From NCBI GenBank assembly GCA_004431415.1, contig QPMI01000412.1, positions 62,001-126,000 on the forward strand: a stretch of DNA of 64,000 nucleotides. The letters are read 5' to 3'. The notes below the pieces were generated by a model. The model was not told where the DNA came from. It ran no database searches and was given only the letters and a program-made list of their open reading frames with translations. Shown piece after piece: positions 11,460-23,400 of this stretch. The translations under genes and the position numbers were made by a program. The DNA comes from Cyanophora paradoxa CCMP329. Its lineage: Eukaryota; Plantae; Glaucophyta. Positions within the stretch are counted from its first letter, which is position 1, and each line of letters begins with the position of its first letter.

Positions 11460-13303
11460 CTAGGGCTTCGCCGCTGCGCTAGTGCTTGCGCCCCAGCGGG
11501 CGGCGGCGGCGGCGGCGGCGGCGGCGGACTCGGGGGAGGCGGCGGCGCCGGCGGAGGCGGCGGCCTCGGCGGCGGCGGCGGCCTCGCGCAGCGCGGCGGC
11601 CTCCGTCGCGAGGTCGGCCGCCGCGCAGCCCTGCGCGGCGCTCCGCAGCACGGGGACCGCCTCGGCCGCCGCCTGCAGCCGCTCCGCGTCGGCGCGGGGC
11701 GCGCGCGGGGCGCGCGGGGCGGGCGGGGCGGGGGCGGGGCGGGGACGGGCGCGCACGGTGGGCTGGCTCGGGGCAGGGCGCGGGCGGCGCGGAGGGCGGC
11801 CTCGGCGGCGCGGCCCCAGGCGGCGCGACGGGCGGCGGGGTCCGAGGCCGGCAGCGCCTTGGCAAAGTGGACGAGCACCGCCGCGTAGGGCAGGCCGTCG
11901 GCCCCACGCGCGCCGCCAGCGCCGCCAGCGCCTGCTCGTGCAGCGCCGCCGCCGCCGCCGCCTCCCGCGCGCCGCCAGCGCCGCCGCGATGCGGCCCTGC
12001 AGGAGCGCCGACTCGGCGGTGCCGGCCCCGCCTCCGGGTCGCTTCTCCACCGCCGCCAGCACCCGCCGGTACGTCGCTTCGGCCTCCGCCGGGCGGCCCT
12101 GCGGCGGGCGTCAGACAGGCCGCGGCGCGCCCGAGGGAAACGGGCGTCTGACCAGGGCGCGCTGGGTGTCGGCGATGGCGATGAGTATGGGGTCGAGGGA
12201 GGGGTCCTCGCGGGGCGTGCTCCGCTCCTCCGTCTCGAAGGAGTACACGCGCTGCTGGGCGCGGAGCGCGGCCGCGGGGTCGCCCCGCTGGAGCGCCAGC
12301 TGGGCGAGCTTCTGGAGGCGGAGGCGGATGGCGAGGGGCGAGGCGGTCTGCGGGCGGGCGCGGACGACGCGGAGGGACTCCTCGACGAGCCCCTCGGCCT
12401 CGGGGAAGCGGCCCTGGGCCTGGAGGCAGAGGGCGAGCTGGTAGAGGCTCTGCGCGATGTGGGGGTGGTCGGGGTGCAGCGCCACCCGCCGCACCCCCAG
12501 CGCCTCGCGGTGCATCGCCTCCGCCCGCCCGAACTCCCGCCGCAGGATCAGCAGCGACCCGAGGTTGAACATCACCGACGCGGCCGTGTTCGAGTCCCGC
12601 CCGTCGTTCTCGATGTAGAGCGCCAGCGCCCGCTCGTACGCCCGCTCCGCCGGCCCGTCCCGCCGCTGCCGCTTGCAAACCTCTGCGCGCGCGCGTCAGC
12701 GGGAGGCCGCGCGGGGCGCGGCGCGGCGCGGGCGCGCCTGCGAGGTTGTTGTAGCTGGCCGGGACGCGGGGGTCGAGCCGGGGGAAGCTCTTCTCCGCCT
12801 CCTCGCACGCCCGCTCGAACAGCCGCTCCGCCTCCGCCAGCCGCCCCTGCGCGCCCGTCTCGCGCCGCCGGCGCGCCAGCGCGACCAAGCGGCGCACCGC
12901 CTTCGCCTCCTCCTGGCCCTTCTGACTGTACAGCAGCCAGCGCGCGTCGGGGCTCATGCTAGCTAGCTCCGCCGCCACGTCGAACTCCTCATCCTGCTCC
13001 TGGCCCGCCTGCTTCTTGTCGGCGTGCGCCCGCTGGACCGTGCTGCCGCGCACGCGTACGGCGTCACGCACGGGCCCGGGGCCGCGGGCGCGCAGGCGCT
13101 CACCTCATCGCGCCCCATCCCGCGACGGCCGCCGCGAGCACCGCCAGCGAGCGTCGCAGCGCGACGTCGGAGCTGCTGCTTGCTGCTGCGTGCGAGCTGC
13201 TCGCCCGCGCGCTCGCGCCCGCGGCCGAAGTCACCGCTTGCCTCCACCCCACAGCCGGCTCGTAAAGCGCCGTAAGGGAACGCGCGAGACGCCTCGCCGC
13301 CAT
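11460..13303 (-). CDS. Kinesin-light-chain/NPHP3-like TPR protein with a possible mitochondrial presequence
   Basis: Repeats GRLAEAERLFERA..DPRVPASYNNLA, FNLGSLL..GRAEAMHREALGVRRVALHPDHPHIAQSLYQLA and GRFPEAEGLVEESL. The N-terminus MAARRLARSLTAL is Arg/Ser/Ala-rich and followed by a hydrophobic stretch. Confidence 0.8.
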
Positions 13304-13719
13304 CTTCTCTCTGCGAACGAAGCGCCGATCCCAACCCCTGGTATCCCCTGAGCCGTGCCGGCGTCTTCTCCAGCAAGCACATAGAGCAGCCGTACTGCAC
13401 AGCGCAGACAACCGCAGCTATTAGCAGCAGGCACTCCAGCTCCCGGAGCGCACACGAAATCTCGGACTCTTACGTGGAGCATACGCGGCCGCAGGCAGCG
13501 AAGAGCGCGCCATCTTCGATCTGCCGCGCGTCTGACGCGGCCTGAGGCCTCGAAGATAGTGAGCATTAAGCACGCGCACGCTTGGCGACATTGCGAGCGG
13601 TCAGCCCCTCGAATCCGGTCCTCGGGGCGTTCTGAAGCGCTCTAGCAAGCTTACATCTGTATTTCCAGCTCCCTGCACCCTGTCTGGCTGAAAGCGCGGC
13701 GGGCTTGAGGTGACGAGCC

Positions 13720-15739
13720 ATGCTGCCACTCTTGCTGAGCCTGTGCTCCGTCCCCGCGGCCGCGTGCTGCGTGGGATGGACGTGCTCGATGTGCGGCTTT
13801 GCTTTCAAGATGACGCAGTCCATATGTAGTCGCCTCGGGTCTGCGACCTCGGTCTCTTGCGCGTCCGCACCCGAGCCCTGAGCGCCGCCGCAGGTACCTC
13901 GGCATCTTCGTGTTCAGCATGCTGCTCTCGTGGGTGATGCGCGACTACGGCGCGAGCGCCCTCGCCTGGATCCCGCAGCTCAGTGCGCCCGCCCGCGCCC
14001 TCGCGCTTCCCTCGCCGGCGCTGACGGCCATGCAGGCGACGCCTGTAAGACCGTCGTCTGCTTCGGGAAGATGGTCCGCGCGCCGGCCCCCGCGCCCCCC
14101 TCGCCGCGCCGCGCCGCGCCGAGCCGGCGGCAGGCCGTCTTCCGCATCGGGTTCACGAGCCTTCTCTTCCACGGGACGCACTTCCTGCTGCTGCTGGGGG
14201 TGGACAGCAAGCGGGACTGGCGCGCGCACGTGCAGAACCACTGGTGGGGATCCAAGGCCTTCGTCTGGGTCTCCATCCTGGTCTGCACCTTCCTCATGCC
14301 CAACTCCGTCTTCGTCGTCTACGGTGCGCGCCCGCCGCCGCCGCCGCTGCGCGCTCTCGCTCGGGCCGACGCCGTCGCGCGCGTGCACAGCGGAGATGGC
14401 GCGCTGGGGCGCGGGGCTCTTCATCCTGCTGCAGCTGGTCCTGCTGCTGGACTTCGCGTACAGCTGGAACCGGGCGTGGGCCGAGAAGGAGAGCCCCGCC
14501 TGGTACGCCGCCATCCTCGTCGCCTGCCTCGCCCTCCTCGGCGGCGCCCTCGCCCTCATCGTCCTCATGTATGTGCGTCCGCCCGGTCCCCCCCCCCCCC
14601 CCCCCCCCCCCCCGCCCTGGTCCCTCGCTCCCGCGGGGGCGCCCCGGCCCTGGCCGACGCCCGTCCCCCGCCTTCCCTTCCCGCAGGTGTCGTTCACGGG
14701 GCGGGAGTACTGCGGGCTCTTCTCGGGGTACATCACGGTGTGCCTGGTGCTGGGCGTCGGGTACACGTTCGCCTCGTGCCTGAAGGTCGTCGAGCACGGC
14801 GCGCTCCTCCCGTCGGCCGTCATCTTCGCCTACTGCGCGTACCTCTGCTGGGCCGCCGTCCTCAGCGTCCCCGCCGACGACTACCGCTCGGCTTGCATCA
14901 CCTTCTCCGTCCGCGGCGCGCCCCAGACCTACGAGATCGTCCTCGTGCGCCCCGCCCCGCCACGCCACGCCCCGCCCCGCCCGCCGGCGCGGCATCTCCG
15001 CTGAGGGCGGGACAGGGCGCGCTCTTCACGTTCGTGTCGGTGGCGCGGAGCACCTTCGCCGCCTCGTCGCGCTCACAGGACATCGTGCGCCCGCTCGCCC
15101 GCCCGCGCCGCCTCCGCCTCCGCCCCGCCCGCCCTGACGTCCTCCCGCCCGCCCAGATCGGGACGGGCGGGGGCCGGCGGGCGGCGGCTGTGCCGGATAT
15201 GGCGGGCCCTGCGCCGGCGACGATGGTGGGGGACGACCACTCGGAGGAGGAGGACGAGGAGGCCGGGGAGGGCGCGGGCACCGGCTACAGGCGAGCGCCC
15301 CCTCGCCCCCGCCCCCCGCCCCCGGCCCCCTCGCCCCGCCCAACGCGCCCCGGCAGCTACGCCTTCTTTCACTTCACGTTCCTCCTGGCCTCGGCCTACG
15401 TGGCCATGCTCATGTCCAACTGGTCCTTCGAGGGCGACTCGGCCTACACCATCGACCGCGGCTGGGTCTCCGTCTGGGTCAAGGCGCGCAATCCTAGGCC
15501 TCACGCCCGCCCCGCCCTGCCGCTGCTGAGGGCGGCGGGGGCGGCGGCCGCAGGTGGGCTCCATGGTCGCCGCCTCGCTCCTCTACATATGGTCCCTCTT
15601 CGCCCCGCTCCTCTTCCCCGACCGCGACTTCGGTCACGGACCGTCCGCCCTCCGCCCCCGCCGCCCCCGCCGCCCCGGCCGCGCGCGCCTCTGATCGCGA
15701 CGCCCCGCCCGCAGCTCATCCGTCACCTACTCCATCTAG
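13720..15739 (+). CDS. SERINC: Serine incorporator (SERINC/TMS1) family membrane protein
   Basis: Cys-rich N-terminus; AVFRIGF; RAHVQNHWWGSK; FILLQLVLLLDFAYSWN; GALLPSAVIFAYCAYLCWAAV; YSYAFFHFTFLLASAYVAMLMSNW; WVSVWVK; LLYIWSLFAPLLFPDRDF. Confidence 0.95.
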
Positions 15740-17492
15740 GTCGAGGCAGCGCCGTGCCTCCGGCTTCCCGCGCCGCCCTCGCCCTCTTGCCCTCCGCACT
15801 CCCCGCTGCGATCGCGATCGGCTCTCATTTCACGAAGGAAACATCGGCTTTAATTTGATAGCTGTTTCAACTTTCAAGGTAGCTCGGCTTCTTTGTCCAC
15901 CTCAGGATTTTGTGTGCTTGCCTAGATTTTCTCTCTATGAAAGTTCCGTTTGCACAGGAGAGACAGTCTCTTCTGCATCTCGGTCTAGAAAACGCTACAC
16001 CTGAAACATGTACAGCTTCCAATTCTCCTCTTCGGGCCGCTGAGGCTCGTATACGTAAAGAATCAGTAGCAGCTGAAATGAAGCTTCGAATTCGAGAACC
16101 CGCTGTCCGCCTGAGGACCGCCTCCCGCGGGCCGCGGCCCGCGGGCCGAACTCGGAAATGCCATGATGAGCTGGAGCCTCGGAGGTTTTCAAAACCAGTT
16201 ATCGATCAACTGCTCGATGGGGCCCGCAGCTGCGGGCCTGCATGCTGCAGTGGCCCTGCACGTTGCCCAAGCTCAGCCCAACTTGCCCTCCAGAAGGGGC
16301 GGTATGCCCTCTGGAAGCGCCGTTTTCGGACTTTTTTTACGTCTTCGGTTTCACATGAGGCTTCTTCGAACTCGAGATCTAGATAAGGTTCCAACTTCAA
16401 CTCTAACTGTACATGTATATACGTACATGGCAGCTACAGAAGTGCGAGTTCGCACAGGCCAGGTGACAACCACTGACAAGGATATCGATCGGACAGGACA
16501 GGCCGCATGCGCAGACCGGGCCGGGGCCGCGCGCTTCGAGCCGGACGGCCGCGCGGCGGGCTCTTTACCCGGCAGAGCCCAAAGCAGAATATATTAATTA
16601 GCTATAGAGTGCGTATACGTACGCGTGCACGTGGGCGCGCAGCTGCGCTTGTACAGTGCGCATGCCGGCGCCGCGCGCAGCGCGCGCGCGCGCGGCGCCG
16701 GCGCGCGGTCGACGTCTGGATCTGCGAGCATGTGCGCATGCGCGTGTACGTGTGCATTCGCACCTGCCGCCTACGTTTTCGATAATTTCTGTGCTGCATG
16801 GCCGTGCGCGCGGCCGCGCGCATTCGATCAAATTCGCTGCGCTGGCCAAACACAAATTTCGATACCCCGGCAGGGACACCCGCTTGTCGATTGTGGGCAG
16901 GCCTGTGTCCGATCTCCGTAAGATCGCTCCGCGTGCATATGCGTACGCATATGCAGCTTGCAGCGATGCGCGTGCACGTGCACCGCCGTCCGGCCGCCGC
17001 ATCGCGCGCGGCGAGCCCGCGCCTGCGAGATCGCCAAGTCGGATCTGCAGCCACTGGGCCGCAGGCCCGAGGCCCACTGGGCCAGTGCGCGCCCGGCCCA
17101 GTTCTGCGGAGCGAGCCGGCGAGCGCGGAACGGCGGCGGTGCGCGCCTGCGCACTGGATCGGAAGCTCCGGCGCGCGGGAGCAGGCGCGCGGCAGGGACA
17201 GAGCACGGACTCTCCGGGAGCAGGCCGGCAGGGGCGGGAACAGCAGGCGATCCACGTGCCTTGAGCGCCCTACGCGTCCGACGCGTACGCCCGCGCATCG
17301 GTAGCGCGATAGAGCGCCCTACGCGTACGCGTCCGACGCCCGCGCATCGATAGCGCGTCGCGCGCGGTGACAAGTGGCGCGCGCCAGGCCTAGGTCGGTT
17401 GTGCACGCAGACTCTGCTTCGTACGCGGGCGAACGCGGCCTGAGGTCGGCGAGGGCGCCTGATTCTCGGGGGAGACATCGACTTCGATATCG

Positions 17493-20400
17493 ATGGCGGG
17501 CGCCGGCGCGCTGGCGGCCGCGGCGGTCGCGGCGCTGGCGGCGTTGGGCGCGTCACGGGCGGCCTGCACGCTGCTCCACGAGTGGGGCCACCTCGCCGCC
17601 GCCCTTCTGCTCGCCTCCCTCCGCGGCTCCTACGCCCTCGCGGGTTTGCGTCCCGTCCTCGAGTTCCCAGCCAGAAGCTCCCGCTTTAATTTCGATGGAT
17701 TTCCCTCCCCTCGCTCCCCATTCCTGATTCGATCCGCCGTCCTCCCTCAGGCGTGCGTGAGGGCGTGCTGACGTCCGGCAACCTGCGGGGAAACCGCGGC
17801 CTCCGCTGGTGGCTCCACCTCGCCTCCCTCGGCGCCTTCGGATCCGTGGGCCTCCCCGCGAAGAAGGGGGAAGAGAAGGGCCCGGAGGCGGCGTGCGCGC
17901 AAGTGGAGGTGCGGCTGCGGGGCGGGCCCCTGGCCCCGGCCGAGCGCGCTGCGGTCGAGCTCGCCGGTCTCGCCGCGAGCCTCGCCGCCCTCGCCGCCGC
18001 CGCCGCCCTCCCCGCGCTCCCCGACTCCCCGCTCCTCGCCGGTGCGCATGCGCGCCCCGCCTCCCTCCTCCGCTCGCGTCTCCGCCCGCGCGCGCGATCG
18101 CGGGCGGGGCGGGGTGGTGCAGCGGTGCGGCTAGGGGCGGTGCTGGGCGCCGGGGAGGTGCTGGCCGGCGCCGTGGCGAGCGACCTCTTCCATGCGCTGC
18201 GGCCGGCCCCGGGCCGCTTCCTCTGCGGAAACTTCGGTGCCCTCGTCCGCCGCTCCCTCGTTCGCTCCCCGCCCCGCCCCCGCCGGCCTCCCCGCCGCCG
18301 CCCGCTGACGTCGGCTTTACTTGTTTCGCAGGACGAGTGGGGATACGTGTAAGAGCCCGGCCCCCGCGCGGCCCGCCGGGGCGCCCGCCCCTCACGGCAG
18401 CCGCGCGCGCAGGCCGAGCTGGCTGTGGGGCATGCTCCAGTACATGATCCAGGCGGGTCCCGTCCCCTCCCGCCCCCGACGCCCCGCCCCGCCCCGCCCC
18501 GCGGCGCCGTGGGAGGCGGGAGAGACCGGGCGTGATGGGGCGGGGCGCGGGCAGGTGACGATGGTGCGGGGCGGGCAGGCCGGCGGCCTCGTCACGTTCG
18601 TCTCCAGCGGTCCCCACGACCTCCGCGGCATCCGGTACCCCCGACCCCTCTCCCTCCCCCCGCCCCGCTCCCCTCCCTTGACGCTGCGCTGCCAGGGAGC
18701 GGGTGGTGAACGGGAAGCGGACGGACCTGGGTGTGGTGCTCGTGCGCGCGATGCGGCGGCTCCTAGCCGTGCACGCCGTGCGGGCGTGCCTGCGGCGGCG
18801 CAACCCGTCCCCCGCCGTCCTCTGCATGGGCCACACGCGCTTCGCCACGTCGAGCTTCCCCGCCGTGGGCGAGACGCACCCGCACCAGTGGCTGCCCCGC
18901 CGCGACGTCGCCCACTGGGCCTTCCACCCCGCCGAGGGCGCCTTCCGCCGCACCGAGCGCTCCGCCGAGGCCCGCCCCGCCCCTCGAACGCCCGGCAGCC
19001 GCCTCTTCGAATTCTGACCCTTCCCTCGCGCGCGCGCAGATCTACATCGTGCGCGCCGGCCGCGGAAATCCAGCGTCGCCCCGCGCTCGCGCCCGCTGAT
19101 CGCGAGGCCCCGGCCCCTCCCCCGCGCAGACGCACAACGGGGACTTCGACTTCTACGACGCCTTCGGCAAGGACCAGACCTACGAGAACGTGCGCGCTTC
19201 CCGTGCCCCGGTCCCGGCTCGGCCTAGGCTCGCGCGCCGGGCTTACTTACGTGCGCCGGCGGCAGATCGGGCTGTGGCTGGAGAAGGTGCACGGGCACGC
19301 GAACCTCGCGAAGGGGGACAGCCCGAAGATCGCCGGCATGGTGGACCTCCTCGCCACCCAGGGCCTCTGGCCCGCCTCCGTCAAGCTCGTCCGCCCCGAC
19401 CCGCCCCGCCCCGCCCTGTCCAGCCCCCTCCAGTTCCTCCTGCTCAGGCGCGCCCCCGCCCCCAGGCGTACTACACGGAGATCTCGTACGGGCTGGACGC
19501 CGTGTTCGAGGGGGGCAAGGTGGCCCGCGACTCGCCCTCGGCCGCCCCGCCCGACTCCGACTTCAAGGCACGCCCACGCCCCGCCCCGCCCCGCTCCGGA
19601 TCCCTCTCCTGAGACCTTTGCAGGCGGTGGCGGACGTCTTTGAGGCACTCTTCGAGAAGCACGCGCGGGCCCTCGCCAAGGGTCCGCGCCCCCTCCCCTC
19701 CGCCCCGTCCCGCCCGGCTGATCGGACGAACGTTCGTCGGGCAGACGCGTACGTGGCGGGACGGCTGGGCCGCTCGCTGCGGGGGCTGGAGGCGGGCGGG
19801 CGGGCGGGCCCCGCCCTCGTCGCCTTCTTGCAGGCGGCGCTGCGCGAGCTGGAGGCGCGCGCCCTCGAGCTGCGCCTCCTGAGCGGCGCCGACGGTGAGG
19901 CGCGGCGGCGCTTCGCGGCGGCGGCCGTGGAGGCCTTCGTCTGCAACGACATCTACACCGCCACGCGCGCCTTCCTCCACCACGCCCGCGGCTCCTTCGG
20001 GTGCGCACGCCGCGCGCAGCGCGCAGCGGCGCGTGTGTATCCTCTTCGATTCGATCCGAGCCGCCCGCGCGCGCGCAGGCTCGTGGTGGGGTCGGCGCTG
20101 GAGGAGGGGGCGGTGGTGGTGAGCGCGCGGGGCCAGCCGATGTCCGTCGCGTACAGCCCGGAGGCCTCGGTCGTGCTCTTCGGGTCGGAGCACGCGGCGC
20201 TGAAGGTGCCGTTCGGGGCGGGCAAGCCCGGGGCGCCGGAGTTCCGGTACGACCTGGACGAGGTGCGGGGCGAGGTCATCGAGGTCCGCCTCGCCGACAT
20301 GCCGCGCCTCCGCCTCCTCCGCCGCCTCTCCACCGCCCTCGCCCTCGACGGCCCAACCGCCCCCGCCGCTGAGGGCAGCCGCCGGGGGCGCCCGGGGCGC

Positions 20401-23400
20401 ACCCTCTCCGCCACGGACCTAGAGGAGGGCCTCGCCGCCGCGCCGGTCGCCGCCCTCGCCGCCCTCCGCAAGACCGGCTCCCTCGCCGGCCTCTCCGCGG
20501 CGGCGGCGGGCAAGCTGAAGGCGGCCGGGGGCGGGGGTGCCTCGGGCTCGTCGCTAGAGCCTGAGAGCGGGACGGAGCGCTGGGTGGAGCTCGAGGACGG
20601 CGACGCGACCTCCCTCGCCCACTCCGCCTACACCGCGTGCGCCCCCCTTTCTCAGCTTCCGCCCGCCCCTTTCTAAGCTTCCCTCCCAGGGCCTCCAAGC
20701 TCTCGCGGGCGGCGAGCGTTCACGTGGTGCCCAAGGGCGCGGGGGCGGCCGGGGGCGGCGGCGGCGGCGGAGGCGAGTGGGAGTTCTGCCGGGCGCGGGT
20801 GACGGGGGGCGGCTTCCCCGTGGTGCAGCCGAGCGGGGCGGCGATGCACCTGGGCGGGGACCTCTACATGCGGCACTACGCCCTCGCCACCGCCCGCGAG
20901 CTCCGCGGCCTCCCCGAGCTCCAGGTCCGTCTCGAAGCTAAGGACTCTGGCTTGCGGGCTCTGACCCGCGGCCGCGCCGCAGGCGACGCCGCGCTTCATC
21001 GACCTGCGCGGCAACGCGTACATCTCGCCGCTGCCGCCGCCGCCGCGGCCCGGGGCGGACATCGTGGGGGAGGACATCGCGGACATCGCCCGCGTGCTGA
21101 AGGCGATCCGCCTCGACTGGGCGGACGCCGGGGGGCACAACCGCCTCTCGGCCGCCAAGTTCGCCGAGCTGCTCCTCCGCCGCGCCCGCGAGCGGCGGGC
21201 CGGCGACGCCGCCAACAAGGTCGACCTCGTGGTCACTGTGCGCCGGCCGGGCCGGGCCGGGCCCCCCGGGCCCCTCGCCCCTGCGCCGCCGCCGCCCGCT
21301 GCGCGCCTCTCACGTCGGTGCGCGCAGGGGTGCGAGATCTCGCTGTGGATCGCGGAGAACTGGGTCTCCGACCTCAAGAAGTGCATGCCGAGCCTCACCG
21401 TCCTCGCCATCAGCGCCAACAAGGCCCGCCCCGCCCCGCCCCGCCCCGCCCCGCCCCACCCCGAGCCCCTCCATTTGGCTAAGGCGGCGGCTCCTGGCCC
21501 GGGCAGATCATCGACGTGTACGGGAGCAAGCGCGGGGAGAAGGCGGTGGCGGGGTCCGCCTTCTCGCGGCGGACGGCGGACCTCTCGGGGGCGGTGGGCC
21601 TCGCCGTGAGCCACAGCGGCAACACCTTCGCGACGACGCAGGCAACGCTGCTGCTGAAGGGCCTCACCGCCGGCCGCACCTTCTGCCTCGTCCGCAACAC
21701 GGACACCCTCATGTCCAGCATCGTGGGGCAGCGCCTGGACCGGAGCGCGCCGCGGTGCCCGTTCGTCTTCACGAACGGGGCCGGCTGGCGCCCCGCGGAG
21801 CCGAGCAGCGTGGCGGCCGCCGCCCTCCACCAGACCCTCACCGAGCTCCTCCTCTGCCTCGTCCGCCCCGCCCCGCCCCGCCCGCGCCGGCCCCTCTTCA
21901 GAGCTTGCCCGCTGATCCCCCGCCCTTCCCGCGCAGGTCTTCACGTTCGACAGCCTCTCCATCCACGAGCGGCCCTTCGGCATCGTGTGCGCGCACGCCT
22001 GCCGCCGCGGCCCGCCGCCCCGTGAATCCTGATCATAGCCCGCTGCTGCAGGACGAGCCCGACGGACGCGCACGCGCTGGACTCGCTGGCGCACACGACC
22101 GTCGAGAAGCACGTGCCCCTCATCACGGGCCGCACCGCCGCCGGCGCCCCCGCCACCGAGCCGGACCCCGAGCACCCGGCCCGCACGCGGCCCTCGGCGT
22201 ACCACGCGAAGCTGGTGGAGGCGGGGCGCCGCTGGGGCATGCACGTCATCGAGGCGCCCCTCGTCTGGGCCCTCGCCTCCCTCTACGTCTGGCTCTCCGT
22301 CTTCTTCGGCGTCTCCCTCTTCCGCGTCCTCCTCTCCGGCTACGACCACTGCTCCGGCGGCATCTGCGCCCCGGGCTACGGTCCGCCCCGCCCCGCCTCC
22401 CGCACATCTCTCTGCTTTCCCACTCCCCACTCCTCCGCAGGGCTCGACGGGCGCTACCAGTGGCTGCACCGCTTCCTGGACAGCTGGCTCTACGTCTGGT
22501 GCGTCCTGGCCTTCACACTCCTGCTCCGCCTCGTGCAGCGCCGCCCGCTCCTCGCCCGCCTCGGCCGCCGCACCGTCGTCGTCGGTGCGCGGCCAGCCGA
22601 GCCCAGCCCAGCCCAGCCTAGCCTGGCCTGAGCGGGGCCGGGCGGCAGGGGACGCGCCCTACGTGCACCAGTGCCTGGAGGCCTTCCTCTCCAAGCTCTT
22701 CGCCCTCTCCTACAGGTCCGCAAGCCCTCGGGCTCGGCCTCTCCTACAGGGATCGGCCCGACTGGCGGGGGGCGGGGCGGGGCGGGGCAGCATCGCGTCG
22801 GTGGACGTGCACGGGGGCAGCCCGGCGGACCACCTCGTGCACCGCTTCACCCACCGCGTGGCCCGCGGCGTCCTCCTCGCCGTCGGGCGCCCCGACGGCC
22901 GCGTGTGCGCCCTCACCAAGGCCGAGTCCTCCACCATGCTCTCCATCTGCCAGGCGAAGGTCCGATCCGCCCGCCCCCGCCCCCTCCCCCGCCCCCTTCT
23001 CCGAGGCCAGCTATCTGTCCCTGCCCCCACCCCCACCCCCGCCCCCGCTCCCGCCGCCTCCCTTCGTCTTGAGCGGGCGCGCTGACCGGTCCTTCTCCCC
23101 GCAGAGCATCCAGAACCTGGGCCGCTCCGGTGGCCCCGAGCTCGTCACTGTGCGTCCTCCTTTTTAAATCGGGCTCTAAATCTGAGGCCGGCGCTGACGG
23201 TGCGGGGCCGGGGGCAGATCGGGCACAACCCGTGGACGCACGAGCAGATGATCGACACGCGGATCGTGCTGCCGAGCGAGCGGGGCCAGTTCCTCTGCGA
23301 GGCCGTCTCGGGCCTCAAGAGCTACTACCGGCCCCGCCAGCGCGCCCCCTCCATCGTCGCCAGCCTCGGGAGCCTCGCGAAGCGGGCCGGCCTCTCCAAC

